Source: a candidate division FCPU426 bacterium (GTDB lineage Bacteria > Oederibacteriota > Muellerivitia > Muellerivitales > Muellerivitaceae). From it: a DNA stretch of 64,000 nt. The translations under genes were made by a program, and so were the position numbers. Below the pieces are notes generated by a model. That model had not been told where the DNA came from, made no database searches, and worked only from the letters and a program-made list of their open reading frames with translations. The DNA is taken from assembly GCA_963847625.1 (NCBI GenBank), contig CAWKAR010000040.1, forward strand, positions 1-64,000, in the 5' to 3' direction. Shown here one piece after another: positions 1 to 9,523 of the stretch. Within the stretch, counting starts at the first letter, position 1, and the number at the start of each line of letters is the position of its first letter.

Positions 1-799
1 GACTTTTGGGCCGGAGACTTACCAACGCCCTTCGGACCCGCAACTGGATTTCCGCCAGGACGGTGTTTTGGAATTTGGCCGCAAGAGCGGCTTTTTCCTG
101 TTCGTTTTGGGGTGGATTTTTCCTGATATCCAGGGCCACCGCTGTCTTCAAGCCGCTGAAGGAAAAATCCTGGCTCCCGTCCTTCATCCGGGTTAACGTG
201 AAAAGACCGGGGCTTTGCATCGCACTTTGGGCCAGTTTTTCAAGGACCGGGCCCCCGGGGTAACCCAACCCTAAAAGTTTGGCGACTTTGTCATAGGCTT
301 CTCCCGCCGCATCATCCCGGGTGGAGGCAATCCGTTGGTAGTTCCCCCAGCTTTCGATATGGTAGATTTCCGTATGGCCCCCCGAGGCAACCAAGCCCAG
401 GGCCGGGAACTCGACCGGATCGGAATCCAACCGGATGGCATAGAGGTGGGCCTCCACGTGGTGCACAGGGATGAATGGGATTCCAAGCTGCAAGGCCAGG
501 CCCTTGGCGGCCGAGAACCCTACCAGGAGGGCGCCGATGAGGCCGGGAGCAGAGGTGACTGCGATACCCGTCAGGTCCTCATACCGCACCTGGGCCTGCT
601 CCAAGGCCGTCTTGACGAGGAATGGCAGGCTCTCCAGGTGTCTTCGGGAAGCCACCTCCGGCACCACTCCCCCGTACTTCCCGTGTAGGTCCAACTGGGT
701 GGCCGTTTCATTGGCTAGGACCCGGTAGGTGTCCTCCACCACCGCGACGGAAGTTTCGTCACAAGAGGATTCGATCCCTAATACAAGGCTTCTTCCCAT
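1..799 (-). CDS. tsaD: tRNA threonylcarbamoyladenosine biosynthesis protein TsaD (3' end outside the window)
   Basis: Absent from the ORF track; manual minus-strand translation from ATG 799 gives MGRSLVLGIESSCDETS...GGVVPEVASRRH...PGLIGALLVG...HHVEAH...ASGGHT...TRDDAAGEAYDKVAKLLGLGYPGGP, the Kae1/TsaD motifs. Confidence 0.97.
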   Translation of the reverse strand, partial: MGRSLVLGIESSCDETSVAVVEDTYRVLANETATQLDLHGKYGGVVPEVASRRHLESLPFLVKTALEQAQVRYEDLTGIAVTSAPGLIGALLVGFSAAKGLALQLGIPFIPVHHVEAHLYAIRLDSDPVEFPALGLVASGGHTEIYHIESWGNYQRIASTRDDAAGEAYDKVAKLLGLGYPGGPVLEKLAQSAMQSPGLFTLTRMKDGSQDFSFSGLKTAVALDIRKNPPQNEQEKAALAAKFQNTVLAEIQLRVRRALVSLRPKS

Positions 800-837
800 T
801 TTCAAATTTCCTTAAAGTTAATAAAATCCGCAACTGG

Positions 838-2001
838 TTATTCCTTCACGACTTCCGAAAGATACACGAACTGGATTCCCTGGTCCCTCAGCTGGTGGAC
901 CGCCTCTTCAAGGGCCCTCAGGCTGACCAGCTTGAAATGCCCGATTCCCACCGCCACACCGCGCTTCTTGGCCAGGGCCACGAGCTTATTAAGTTGCTTT
1001 TGAATCGCCTCCGGCGTCTCAGTGTTATCCAAAAAAATATCCCGGCGGGTCCGGGCGAGGTGGATTTTCGCGGCTTCTCCCTCCAGGTCGGTCTCCACCG
1101 TCGTGCGGGAATCGAGAACAAACAACTTCCGGTTTTTCAAAGCCTGGCAGAAGGCGGACATCAGGCTGGCGTCAGCCGTGGCCAGGCTTCCCATATGATT
1201 GTTCATCCCCTCGCATCCCGGAAGGGCCTCCAGGGCGCGGTCGATCCTTTTTTTCAACTCCGGCGTTGCCATGCCCCGCTTGAGCAATTCCGGGTAGGCG
1301 CCCTTGGGAAATTTTTCCCGGCCCTCCATGGGCATGTGGCAGATGATTTCCACGCCGTGGGAGGGGGCCTCCCGGGCCAGTTCACGGGAGAACTCGGTGC
1401 TGGGGATCAAGGCCAAGGTCACCGGCACTTTGAAGCCATAGAGGTGTTCCAGCGCCTCGCCTCTCTGGTAACCCCCGTCGTCAATGACCAGGCAAACCCG
1501 GGGCTTGTGAGTGTCAACGAACTCGACCTGCACGGGGTTCCACTGGTTGTTATAAGCGAACGAATAGGAATACAGGGTGGCGCTGTTGTCGGGGGTAGTG
1601 CCCGAGGTTTTTCCGGACAGTCCCGCGCCCAGGGGTTTGGCCGCGTCTTCCAGGCGGGTGGCTAATTCCTCAGGGCTGTAAAGGCGGGGCAGGCGGAACC
1701 GCTCCCGGTAGGTGGAAACAACCTTTTCCTGGACCGTTGCCGGCTTTGACTCCACTTCCTGGTCCATAAGCTTCAAGAGACCCATTTCTTGGAGGCGGCC
1801 GTCCAGGGCTTTCCGGAGTTTTTCGGTGGCCTCAACCGGGTCGCCGGAAAAACCCGCGACCGGGGTGGGGATAGGAGGGGGAACCCCCTGGCGGGGGGAG
1901 AGGTACCATCGGACCGCCGCCACGGTGACAATCCCCAGGAGAACAATGACCAGCAGAGTCTTCAGGAAACCCCATGTTTTTCCCGGCCGGTCCACGCTCA
2001 A
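838..2001 (-). CDS. Divergent polysaccharide deacetylase family protein (YibQ-like) with N-terminal membrane anchor
   Basis: LVIDDGG, HMPME, GMNNHMGS, FVLDSRT, RDIFLDN and VGIGH motifs; usual position after envC/ctpA. Confidence 0.9.
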   Translation of the reverse strand: MSVDRPGKTWGFLKTLLVIVLLGIVTVAAVRWYLSPRQGVPPPIPTPVAGFSGDPVEATEKLRKALDGRLQEMGLLKLMDQEVESKPATVQEKVVSTYRERFRLPRLYSPEELATRLEDAAKPLGAGLSGKTSGTTPDNSATLYSYSFAYNNQWNPVQVEFVDTHKPRVCLVIDDGGYQRGEALEHLYGFKVPVTLALIPSTEFSRELAREAPSHGVEIICHMPMEGREKFPKGAYPELLKRGMATPELKKRIDRALEALPGCEGMNNHMGSLATADASLMSAFCQALKNRKLFVLDSRTTVETDLEGEAAKIHLARTRRDIFLDNTETPEAIQKQLNKLVALAKKRGVAVGIGHFKLVSLRALEEAVHQLRDQGIQFVYLSEVVKE

Positions 2002-2019
2002 AGGTCCTTTCCGGTTCTT

Positions 2020-3573
2020 TTACTCCTCACGATCCTTCTTCTTCTGGCGCTCTTCCTCGAGCTTCTTTTCGCCCGCCTCGCCCAGGTCCTTCTTTTTTGG
2101 ATATTTCGCGGCTAATTCGGGGCTGATTTTTCCGTTATCATTAATGATTGCTTTGGCCACTAAGACTTGCGGGTCCCGGACGACCGCCAATTCCCTGGCT
2201 TCCTTCTCCCCCAGTTTTTCCCGGATCAATTCCACCAGCAGGCTGTTTTTCAGGTAATCCCCGTCTTTTTTCAACTCTTCCCGGTCCAGCTTTTTCACGT
2301 TTTCCAGGCAGTAATCGTAGAAGCCATCCATCATTTCGGGGGTCACCTCGGTCTCCGTGGAAACTTCGGTTCCCTTCTTCACGAGTTCCTTGGCGTATTT
2401 TTCAGGCATTTGCTTGCTGTAAGCCTTGATTGCGGATTCGGAAATCTCATGGTCCTTCAGGTTCAGGTCCGGCTCGATGCCGATCCCGTGAATGCAGACA
2501 CCCGAGGGGGTGTAGTACTTGGCCATGGTCAGCCGCAAGGCCGCCCCGTCGCTGTTGTCCAGGGGAAGGATGGTCTGGACCGATCCTTTCCCGAAAGTCT
2601 TGGCGCCGATCAAAACCGCCCTTTTCCAATCCTTCAGGGCTCCCGCGACGATTTCAGCCCCCGAAGCGCTTCCCTCGTTCACCATGACTACCACGGGTTT
2701 CTTGGCGTCGAACTTTTCCCCGGCCCTGGCGGTAAAGACCTGGTTCTGGCTCTCGCTGCGGCCTTTCGTGGAGACGATGGTCACGCCGTCCTGGCCGAAG
2801 AAGTCCGAGACCCCCACGGCCTCGTTCAGCAGGCCGCCCGGGTCGTTGCGCAAATCCAGGATCAAACCTTTAAGCGGTTCCTTCTTTTTCAAATCGTTCA
2901 CGGCGTTCACGAAATCCTCGGTGGTGTTGTCGATGAACTCGCTGACCCTGACGTAGCCGATTCCTCCCGACAGGACATAGGAGTGGATGCTCTCGATCTT
3001 GATGGCTTCCCTCACAATGGTGACCTCGAAGGGCTCGTTGAGCCCTTCCCGGGCGACGGTGATGGTCACTTTGGTGCCGATCTTGCCCCGGAGGCGCTTG
3101 ACGGCGTCATTGATGTTCATCAGGTCGGTCTTCTCGTCGTTGATCTTCATGATCTTGTCCCCCGCCTTGATGCCGGCGCGGTCCGCCGGGGTGCCCTCGA
3201 TCGGGGAGATGACCGTCAGGCGCTCGTCCTTGATGGCGATCTCGATGCCCAGTCCCCCGAACTTCCCGGAGGTCTCGGTCTGCATGTCCTTGTAGGCGTC
3301 CGGCGGCATGAACTCGCTGAAGGGGTCCAGGGTGCCCACCATTCCCTGCAGGGCCCCGTAAATGAGGTCCTTAGGCATGGTTTTGTTCTCGTCCACGTAT
3401 TTTTCACGGATGATCTCCAGGGCTTCCGTGAAGGGTTGGAGGTACTTGTAAACCTCCTCGGAGCTTTCCTTGGAGTGGGTGGCGGATTGGGTGACGGCTC
3501 CGGCGGTAAAGCTGACCGCCGCCAGGGCGAGCAGAAGGAAGGCGACGGTTAAAAGGGATGGACGGCGGTTCAT
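2020..3573 (-). CDS. ctpA: Carboxyl-terminal processing protease, S41A family (PDZ + peptidase)
   Basis: LDPFS, GKFGGLGIEI (PDZ), LILDLRNDPGGLL, SASGAEI (Ser) and KTFGKGSVQ (Lys); signal peptide; GGAGGA upstream of ATG 3573. Confidence 0.93.
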   Translation of the reverse strand: MNRRPSLLTVAFLLLALAAVSFTAGAVTQSATHSKESSEEVYKYLQPFTEALEIIREKYVDENKTMPKDLIYGALQGMVGTLDPFSEFMPPDAYKDMQTETSGKFGGLGIEIAIKDERLTVISPIEGTPADRAGIKAGDKIMKINDEKTDLMNINDAVKRLRGKIGTKVTITVAREGLNEPFEVTIVREAIKIESIHSYVLSGGIGYVRVSEFIDNTTEDFVNAVNDLKKKEPLKGLILDLRNDPGGLLNEAVGVSDFFGQDGVTIVSTKGRSESQNQVFTARAGEKFDAKKPVVVMVNEGSASGAEIVAGALKDWKRAVLIGAKTFGKGSVQTILPLDNSDGAALRLTMAKYYTPSGVCIHGIGIEPDLNLKDHEISESAIKAYSKQMPEKYAKELVKKGTEVSTETEVTPEMMDGFYDYCLENVKKLDREELKKDGDYLKNSLLVELIREKLGEKEARELAVVRDPQVLVAKAIINDNGKISPELAAKYPKKKDLGEAGEKKLEEERQKKKDREE

Positions 3574-3730
3574 GAAATCCTCCAATTAAAAAATTAAGAC
3601 ACCTTAAATCTCTCAAGGCGGATCGGCAAAGGATAACTAATTTCTCCGACAGGATGAAGCGAGCGGGAAAAGAAACCGCGTTTTTCAGTCAAGCAAGACG
3701 GTTTCAAAGTTTCAATCTCAAAACAGGCCG

Positions 3731-5017
3731 TTATAGGTGGTGTTTAAGCCAGCGTTCGGGGTTCAGTGGGATTCCATCCTTGCGGATTTCGAAATAAAGG
3801 CTGCTTCCCACCAGGGAGCCCGTATCCCCGACCGCGCCGAGGACCTCACCCGCGGCCACCGTCTGGCCCTCCGAAACGCTCAACTCGGAGGCCTGGGCGT
3901 AGAGAGAATAATACCCTCCGCCATGGTCCAAAATCACTAGTTTTCCATAACCTTTGAACCAGTCCGCGTAGCGGACCAACCCCGCCCCCACCGCCCGGAA
4001 GGGCGTCCCCATGGGCGCCATGATCTGGACACCCGTATTGTCCACAACTTGCTTGAACTCGGCATTGCGGATCTTTCCGAAGCGGTACTCGGGCGGAATG
4101 CGGCCATCCACGGGCCAGGGAATCCTGCCCCGGTGGACGATAAACCCTCCCCCGGGTTGGGTAAAAACGGCGGTTTTCCTTGCCTCTTTCGCCTGCTTCA
4201 GGAACAAGGATACTTTTTCTTGCAGGCCCTGCGATCGCTCGCTCAATTCCCGGATGGCCTGCGCATGAAGGGCCTTTTGTTTCTGGATGGAGGCCAAGAA
4301 AGAGGTCCGGTTCATTTTTTTATGGGAATAGTTTTTTTCCTGCCGGACCAGGGCTGTTACGATTCTTTTCCGGCGGCCTTCCTCCTGTTCCCAGTCCTCC
4401 GAGTTCCTTTCCAGTTCCTGCTCATGCTCCAGGGTCTGGCTCAAAATTTTTCCGTTGGATTTGGCCAGAAGCGTTTCGAATTTCAGCTTGCGCGCCAGGT
4501 CCCCAAAGCTTTCCGAGCTGAGCAAGCCGCCAAGGAAGGGGGTGTGGAACGACATTCGGTACAGGGCATTGAGCCTTTGCTTCAGGAGGTTCCGGCTTTG
4601 GGAAAGTTGGTACTGATTTTGGCTGATTTCAGACTGCAACCGGCTGATTTGGCCGCGGGTCTCCCCCAGGTACTGCTGGTTGGCATCCTTCAATCGCTTG
4701 AGCCTGGCCAGGTCCTGGTCCACTTTTTGTAATTGGAGAAGGACGCTTCTCTCTTTGACCTTCGTTTGTTGTTGCTTTTTCTTTTCCTCCTTCAATTTTT
4801 TTTGGATGGCCGCGATTCCTTTTTTGTTCTGGATGATTTTTTTCTGGATTTGGCAGGTGTTAGCGGCGGGGGCCGGTTGGGTTTCCGGTGCGGTTTGGGC
4901 AGCGGCTGCGACGGCCAGAAAAAGGAAAGCCACGATGGATAACAAATATTGGATTTTAGGCTTTGGATTCTGAACCAGAGAAGTTTTCACTCCGTGAAAA
5001 CCTCGTTTATTTAACAT
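3731..5017 (-). CDS. envC: Murein hydrolase activator EnvC-like (coiled coil + degenerate M23 domain)
   Basis: Signal peptide, long coiled coil, C-terminal WPVDG...NTGVQI...YGKLVILDHGGGYYSLYAQ...LYFEIR lacking the Zn-ligand His residues. Start uncertain (ATG 5017 or GTG 4990); the track's 5101 start lies inside an inverted-repeat element. Confidence 0.88.
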   Translation of the reverse strand: MLNKRGFHGVKTSLVQNPKPKIQYLLSIVAFLFLAVAAAAQTAPETQPAPAANTCQIQKKIIQNKKGIAAIQKKLKEEKKKQQQTKVKERSVLLQLQKVDQDLARLKRLKDANQQYLGETRGQISRLQSEISQNQYQLSQSRNLLKQRLNALYRMSFHTPFLGGLLSSESFGDLARKLKFETLLAKSNGKILSQTLEHEQELERNSEDWEQEEGRRKRIVTALVRQEKNYSHKKMNRTSFLASIQKQKALHAQAIRELSERSQGLQEKVSLFLKQAKEARKTAVFTQPGGGFIVHRGRIPWPVDGRIPPEYRFGKIRNAEFKQVVDNTGVQIMAPMGTPFRAVGAGLVRYADWFKGYGKLVILDHGGGYYSLYAQASELSVSEGQTVAAGEVLGAVGDTGSLVGSSLYFEIRKDGIPLNPERWLKHHL

Positions 5018-5020
5018 TGA

Positions 5021-5191
5021 AACCTCTGAAAAACTAAAAAAAGCGACCAACAGAGGTTTCGACCCCAAAGATTTCTGCAGGCCTTGGTTTTGCGGGTACA
5101 TAGGGGATTTTCCCTATGAGCGCCGTCAAATCGGGGGTTACCTTCAATGATTGCTGAAAAAGTCGGCTTATCGCCGACTTTTTCAGAGGTT
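5021..5191. mobile_element. Putative MITE, ~171 bp, with 13-bp terminal inverted repeats
   Basis: AACCTCTGAAAAA (5021-5033) and TTTTTCAGAGGTT (5179-5191) are perfect inverted repeats; internal hairpin CTGAAAAAGTCGGC-TTATC-GCCGACTTTTTCAG (5154-5186). Confidence 0.55.
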
Positions 5192-5210
5192 ACACATACA
5201 AATTTGACCA

Positions 5211-6110
5211 TTAGAGGATTTCCTTCACCCATTTCTTTTGAAGGGCCCAGAGGGCCCCGGCCGCCCCCAGGGCCGTCCCCAGGATGGCCAGGGTCAAGTA
5301 AAGGCCGGCCCAGTCCACATCGGGCATTTTAAAGAGACCTGCGGACCCTTCCGAGGCAAGAAACCATTGCAAACCATGCCGGAGGGCTTCCAGGACGAGG
5401 GTCGCAAGCGCAGAACCCAGCAGTCCCTGAAGGGTCCCTTCCAGGAGATTGGGGCCCCACCGCAACCATCCGGGGGCCCCCATGCGCGTCAACAGGATGA
5501 AGTCCTCCCTCCGGGCCCAGAGGGAGAGCGTGAGGGCGTTGGAAACGATAAAAAGAGCCGTCAGGAACACGAACCCCCCCAGGAACAAGCCGATCCACTT
5601 CACCATCCGGCTGAGGCTGGAGACGGTCTCCCATTCGCTCTTCCCATAGTCCACCTGCTCGACCTGGGGATTCTTCCGGAGTTTTTCCACCAGGTCGTCC
5701 AGCCTTTCGGTGGCCTGCTCCCTCAAGACCACGCTGAGTGAGTCGGGAAGGGGGTTTTCCCCCAGGGCCCGGACCATCCGGTCGATCTCGGGATCCTTCC
5801 TGAAATCCTGGAGGGCCTCCTCTTTTGTCACCACCTTGACCGAGGCCACGCGGGGATCGGAGGACAGCAGGTCCGCGATGCGCTTGCGGTCCGAATCGCC
5901 GGCCGTGGGGGAAAGAAAGACGGCCATCTCGAATTTTTCCCGCACCGAGGCGAGGGCGTTATCCAGTATTTTGGAGATCACTAGGAAAACGGACAATTGA
6001 AGGAGGGTGGCCGCCACCGTCACGATAACCGCGGTGGAGAGTCCCCGGGCACGAATCAAGCGGGTGATTCCCTCCCGGACGACAAAGGCTAGACGGGTGA
6101 AAGTGTTCAT
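5211..6110 (-). CDS. ftsX: Cell division permease FtsX
   Basis: N-terminal TM, periplasmic VTKEEAL...ENPLPDS...QVDYG, three C-terminal TMs, RREDF..MGA..P..LEG; ATGA overlap with the ftsE stop. Confidence 0.9.
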   Translation of the reverse strand: MNTFTRLAFVVREGITRLIRARGLSTAVIVTVAATLLQLSVFLVISKILDNALASVREKFEMAVFLSPTAGDSDRKRIADLLSSDPRVASVKVVTKEEALQDFRKDPEIDRMVRALGENPLPDSLSVVLREQATERLDDLVEKLRKNPQVEQVDYGKSEWETVSSLSRMVKWIGLFLGGFVFLTALFIVSNALTLSLWARREDFILLTRMGAPGWLRWGPNLLEGTLQGLLGSALATLVLEALRHGLQWFLASEGSAGLFKMPDVDWAGLYLTLAILGTALGAAGALWALQKKWVKEIL

Positions 6111-6802
6111 GAGGCCTGCTCCTGTAGGGGATAAAACTTTCCGTCCCGCAAGCCCAGCCACCGGATGGGGGCCTTCGTGTCCCCGGGCCGGGCGCCTTCC
6201 AAGAGGCCGGTTTTTTGGGTGGAGAGGACCACCGTGGTCCCGGTTTTGTTCAACTCGAGGAAAAACTTGAGGAGGATGGCGGCCGTATTCTCCGCCAACC
6301 CTTGGAATGGATCGTCGGCCAATAGAAGCCGGGGACTGAAGATCATGGCCCGGAGCGCCAATACCATGCGCTGTTCACCGGAGGAAAGATCGGCGGGTTT
6401 GGCTTCCAGTTTGGACCCTAAACCGGCATTCGTGAGGAGCTTGCGGATGGATTCCTCCTGCCCCTTGGCCTGGACACCCTTCACCTTGAGGATGAAAAGA
6501 ATGTTTTCTTCGACCGTTTTATCCTCAAAAAGTTTGAGATCCGGGAAGATCATCCCCACTTCGGAAAGCCACTTGCGTTTTTCGTCTTCCGCCAGGTCGT
6601 AGATATCCAGGTGGTTTACCCGGAGAACTCCGGACGTGGGTTTTTCCTCGCCCCCCAGTATCTTAAGAAAAGTGCTCTTCCCGGCGCGGCTTTCCCCGAT
6701 GAGGACGGTAAAGGAGCTTTCGGGGGCGGAGAAAAAAGCGTCGTCCAGGACCTTGACACCCGAGGGATGGATCTTCGTGAGATGGAAAGCCTGGATCATC
6801 AT
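6107..6802 (-). CDS. ftsE: FtsE-like ABC ATP-binding protein with degenerate catalytic motifs
   Basis: Walker A GESRAGKST, FPDLKLFEDKTVEENI, LSSGEQ, LLLADDP; directly upstream of ftsX. Confidence 0.85.
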   Translation of the reverse strand: MMIQAFHLTKIHPSGVKVLDDAFFSAPESSFTVLIGESRAGKSTFLKILGGEEKPTSGVLRVNHLDIYDLAEDEKRKWLSEVGMIFPDLKLFEDKTVEENILFILKVKGVQAKGQEESIRKLLTNAGLGSKLEAKPADLSSGEQRMVLALRAMIFSPRLLLADDPFQGLAENTAAILLKFFLELNKTGTTVVLSTQKTGLLEGARPGDTKAPIRWLGLRDGKFYPLQEQAS

Positions 6803-6871
6803 GCTTGTAAATTAAGGCAGGAAAGGCTTGGCCGCAAGGAAAATGAGGGATTTCCCATTAAGTAATGATAC

Positions 6872-8248
6872 CTATTCGTCAAAACCCTTTTTCAAGACTT
6901 CCGCCAAACCGGCCCGCACCCGGCATTCGCCAAAGGAAAAAGAACGCATCATTTTATCAATCTGTTTCTCGCTCATTCCCCTGAACTGCTCGGCGAAGGG
7001 CTTGGCTATTAACTCGGAGAGAAGCAACCCGCTGAGAGCCCGTCCCGTATTCCACACGAAGGTGGTCCAATCCACCTCGGTTTTCCCAACGGCACGGCGT
7101 GCTTCCTTCTCCAGCCGTTTGGCGGCCTTGAAGGAAACACTTTTCCGGAGGCCCCAAAGGTCCGTTCCCAAGCGGGCCTTGAGGGCCCGGATCTTGATGG
7201 TCCTTCGCATCCATTCCGAATCGGGCCGGACGTGAACGGTTCCCATCGCCCCGATATCCTTATAGGTCCAAAGGGTCCAGTGGTAGCCCATCCTGTTGAA
7301 AATCGCGATCTGGTCCCGGATGACCTTTGTCCGGTCGGGATCATGGCGGTTTCCCCGGTAGATGGCCCCGAACTCCCCGACCCAATTGGGAAGATGGTTT
7401 TTGCGCATAAAAGCCGTGACACGCCGGCAGTCGGTTTCCAGTCTCTTGGAGTCGTAGTATTTCCCTCCGGCTTTGCCGGGATATGGGCCCGGCTCGAAAC
7501 TGGGCGGGGCGTAATTGTGGCTGGAAAAAACGGTGTTGTGATCCAGGTCGGGTTGAAGTTCGGAAAAGTCTGTGGAAAACCAATTGCCTTCGATGAAAAG
7601 GATGTGGTTGCGGTCGATCTTCCGAATGGCGGAAACCAGCCTTTTATATAAATTTGGAAGCACCCCCTTGACCCTGCAAACCGGTTCATTGACCAGGTTG
7701 TAGCCCGCGATGGCGGCTTCGTTGCGGTAATGCCGGGCTAAATGCCCCCAAAGCCCCGCCACCCGGTCCTGGAATTGTTTTTGGGTCCAGAGAAAAGCCA
7801 CGTGGCTGGGATTGTCGCTGTGCCAATCCGGGTTCTGCCACCCTTGGACCGAGTGCAAATCCAAGATGGCGTAGATCCCGTATTTCCGGCAAAGGGCCAC
7901 CAGACGGTCCAACCGGTCGAGTCCTTCCCTACGGTACTCAAAAGGGCGGGAATCATCCTCAAAGTGGCGGTAGTTTAGGGGCAGGCGCAGGACATTGGCA
8001 CCCATTCCAGCCATGAACCGGATGTCGTCCTCGTTCAAGAAATGATCCAGCAAACGGTCAAAGAAGAATTTCGATTTTCCAGCTTCCAGAACTTCCCCAA
8101 CAGCGGAACGGAAGGAGGACTCCTGGCCCGGATAGCCATTGATGAAATTTTCCATGTTCATCCATCCGCCCGCGCAGAACCCGCGCAAGCGTACCGGCTG
8201 TCCCTTGGAATCGATGATTCGAGAACCCTTCACCCTGAGCCAAAACAC
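6872..8248 (-). CDS. Glycoside hydrolase family 5 protein (no signal peptide)
   Basis: GGWMNMENFI, VLRLPLNY, ILDLHS, YNLVNEP (acid/base), SHNY, WVGEFG (nucleophile), WTLWTYK; GTG start after AAGGGGG. Confidence 0.9.
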   Translation of the reverse strand: MFWLRVKGSRIIDSKGQPVRLRGFCAGGWMNMENFINGYPGQESSFRSAVGEVLEAGKSKFFFDRLLDHFLNEDDIRFMAGMGANVLRLPLNYRHFEDDSRPFEYRREGLDRLDRLVALCRKYGIYAILDLHSVQGWQNPDWHSDNPSHVAFLWTQKQFQDRVAGLWGHLARHYRNEAAIAGYNLVNEPVCRVKGVLPNLYKRLVSAIRKIDRNHILFIEGNWFSTDFSELQPDLDHNTVFSSHNYAPPSFEPGPYPGKAGGKYYDSKRLETDCRRVTAFMRKNHLPNWVGEFGAIYRGNRHDPDRTKVIRDQIAIFNRMGYHWTLWTYKDIGAMGTVHVRPDSEWMRRTIKIRALKARLGTDLWGLRKSVSFKAAKRLEKEARRAVGKTEVDWTTFVWNTGRALSGLLLSELIAKPFAEQFRGMSEKQIDKMMRSFSFGECRVRAGLAEVLKKGFDE

Positions 8249-8354
8249 GGTTTACCCCCTTGAGTATTGTGTGATCTTTTAAAGAAAATCTATTGGTGTC
8301 ATAGTCGAGCTAATGAAGCTGGATTCCAACCAAAGACATTATATTTCGATGCTC

Positions 8355-9443
8355 TCATTTCCCCTTGCGTCCCATCATATCCAGGGCTACCGCCGCAATG
8401 AGAATGCCTCCCTTGATGATGGGCTGCCAGAAAGCCTCAGTGTTCATGAGGCTCATGCCGTTGTCCAACGACGCCATGACGAGCGCGCCCAAAAGCGCGC
8501 CCCAGACCGTGCCCCTTCCGCCCATGAGAGAGGTTCCGCCGATGACCGCGGCCGCGATGGCGTCCAGTTCCATCATCCGCCCGGCGTCGGAGGTGGCGGC
8601 CCCCACCCGTGCGGTCAAGACGATCCCCGCCACACCCGCCATCAAGCCCATAAGGGTGAAAACCACCACCAAGTGCTTCTCGATATTGATGCCGGAGTAA
8701 AAGGCCGCCTCCCGGTTTCCGCCGATAGCGTAAAGGTGCCGGCCGAAGGGGGTTTGCTGGCCGATCGTGGAGAAAGTCGCGGCGAGAACCAACATCAACA
8801 GCACCGGAATAGGGATCCCCTGGTAGGAATTCATGGTCCAGGTAAAGCCAAGCGCGAGAACCGCCAGGCTCAGGGATTTCCAACGGGATTTAGCCCGAAG
8901 CGACCGGTAGGCCAGGAACAGGGCCAGTAGGGAGACCAATACCCATCCGGCGGTTTTTGGAAGGTAAGCCTGCCCGATAACCAGGTAGTCGGGCGTGGGG
9001 CTGATCGCCACTCCCCCGGTGGCGCCTAACAATGAACCTTGGAAAACCAGCATTCCCCCAAGGGTGACAATGAATGGCGGGATGTTAAACCAGGTCACCA
9101 ACCGGCCCTGGATATGGCCGAAGAGGGCGCCCAGGAAAAGGGTCGTCAGGAGGGCCGCCCAGAGGGGCCAGCCGTGAGTGACGAAAAGAAGGGCCGAAAC
9201 CGCGCCCAGGAAGCCGGACATAGCCCCCACGGAAAGGTCGATCTGGCCCGCCACGATCACCAGTACCATGGCGACCGCGAGAATGGAAGTGACCGACATT
9301 TGACGCATGAGGAGCGATAGGTTTCGGGGGTGCAGGAAAGTGCCATTTGTGGTAATGGAAAAAAGAGCCCAGATCAAGAGCAGGGCCCCCACCATGGTGA
9401 GTGCCCGCAAAGGGATGGACAGTTTCGGCCTTGCGTTTTCCAT
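8355..9443 (-). CDS. xylH: Monosaccharide (xylose-type) ABC transporter permease
   Basis: GQIDLSVG, IPPFIVTLGG, FGRHLYAIGGNREAA, ELDAIAAAVIGGTSLMGGRG. Confidence 0.88.
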   Translation of the reverse strand: MENARPKLSIPLRALTMVGALLLIWALFSITTNGTFLHPRNLSLLMRQMSVTSILAVAMVLVIVAGQIDLSVGAMSGFLGAVSALLFVTHGWPLWAALLTTLFLGALFGHIQGRLVTWFNIPPFIVTLGGMLVFQGSLLGATGGVAISPTPDYLVIGQAYLPKTAGWVLVSLLALFLAYRSLRAKSRWKSLSLAVLALGFTWTMNSYQGIPIPVLLMLVLAATFSTIGQQTPFGRHLYAIGGNREAAFYSGINIEKHLVVVFTLMGLMAGVAGIVLTARVGAATSDAGRMMELDAIAAAVIGGTSLMGGRGTVWGALLGALVMASLDNGMSLMNTEAFWQPIIKGGILIAAVALDMMGRKGK

Positions 9444-9523
9444 TATTTTCCTCGCACCTTTAATTGAATAACACCTTCAAGAAAATTTTCAGCGGTTATC
9501 CGCACCGATCCGCGGTTGCATCG

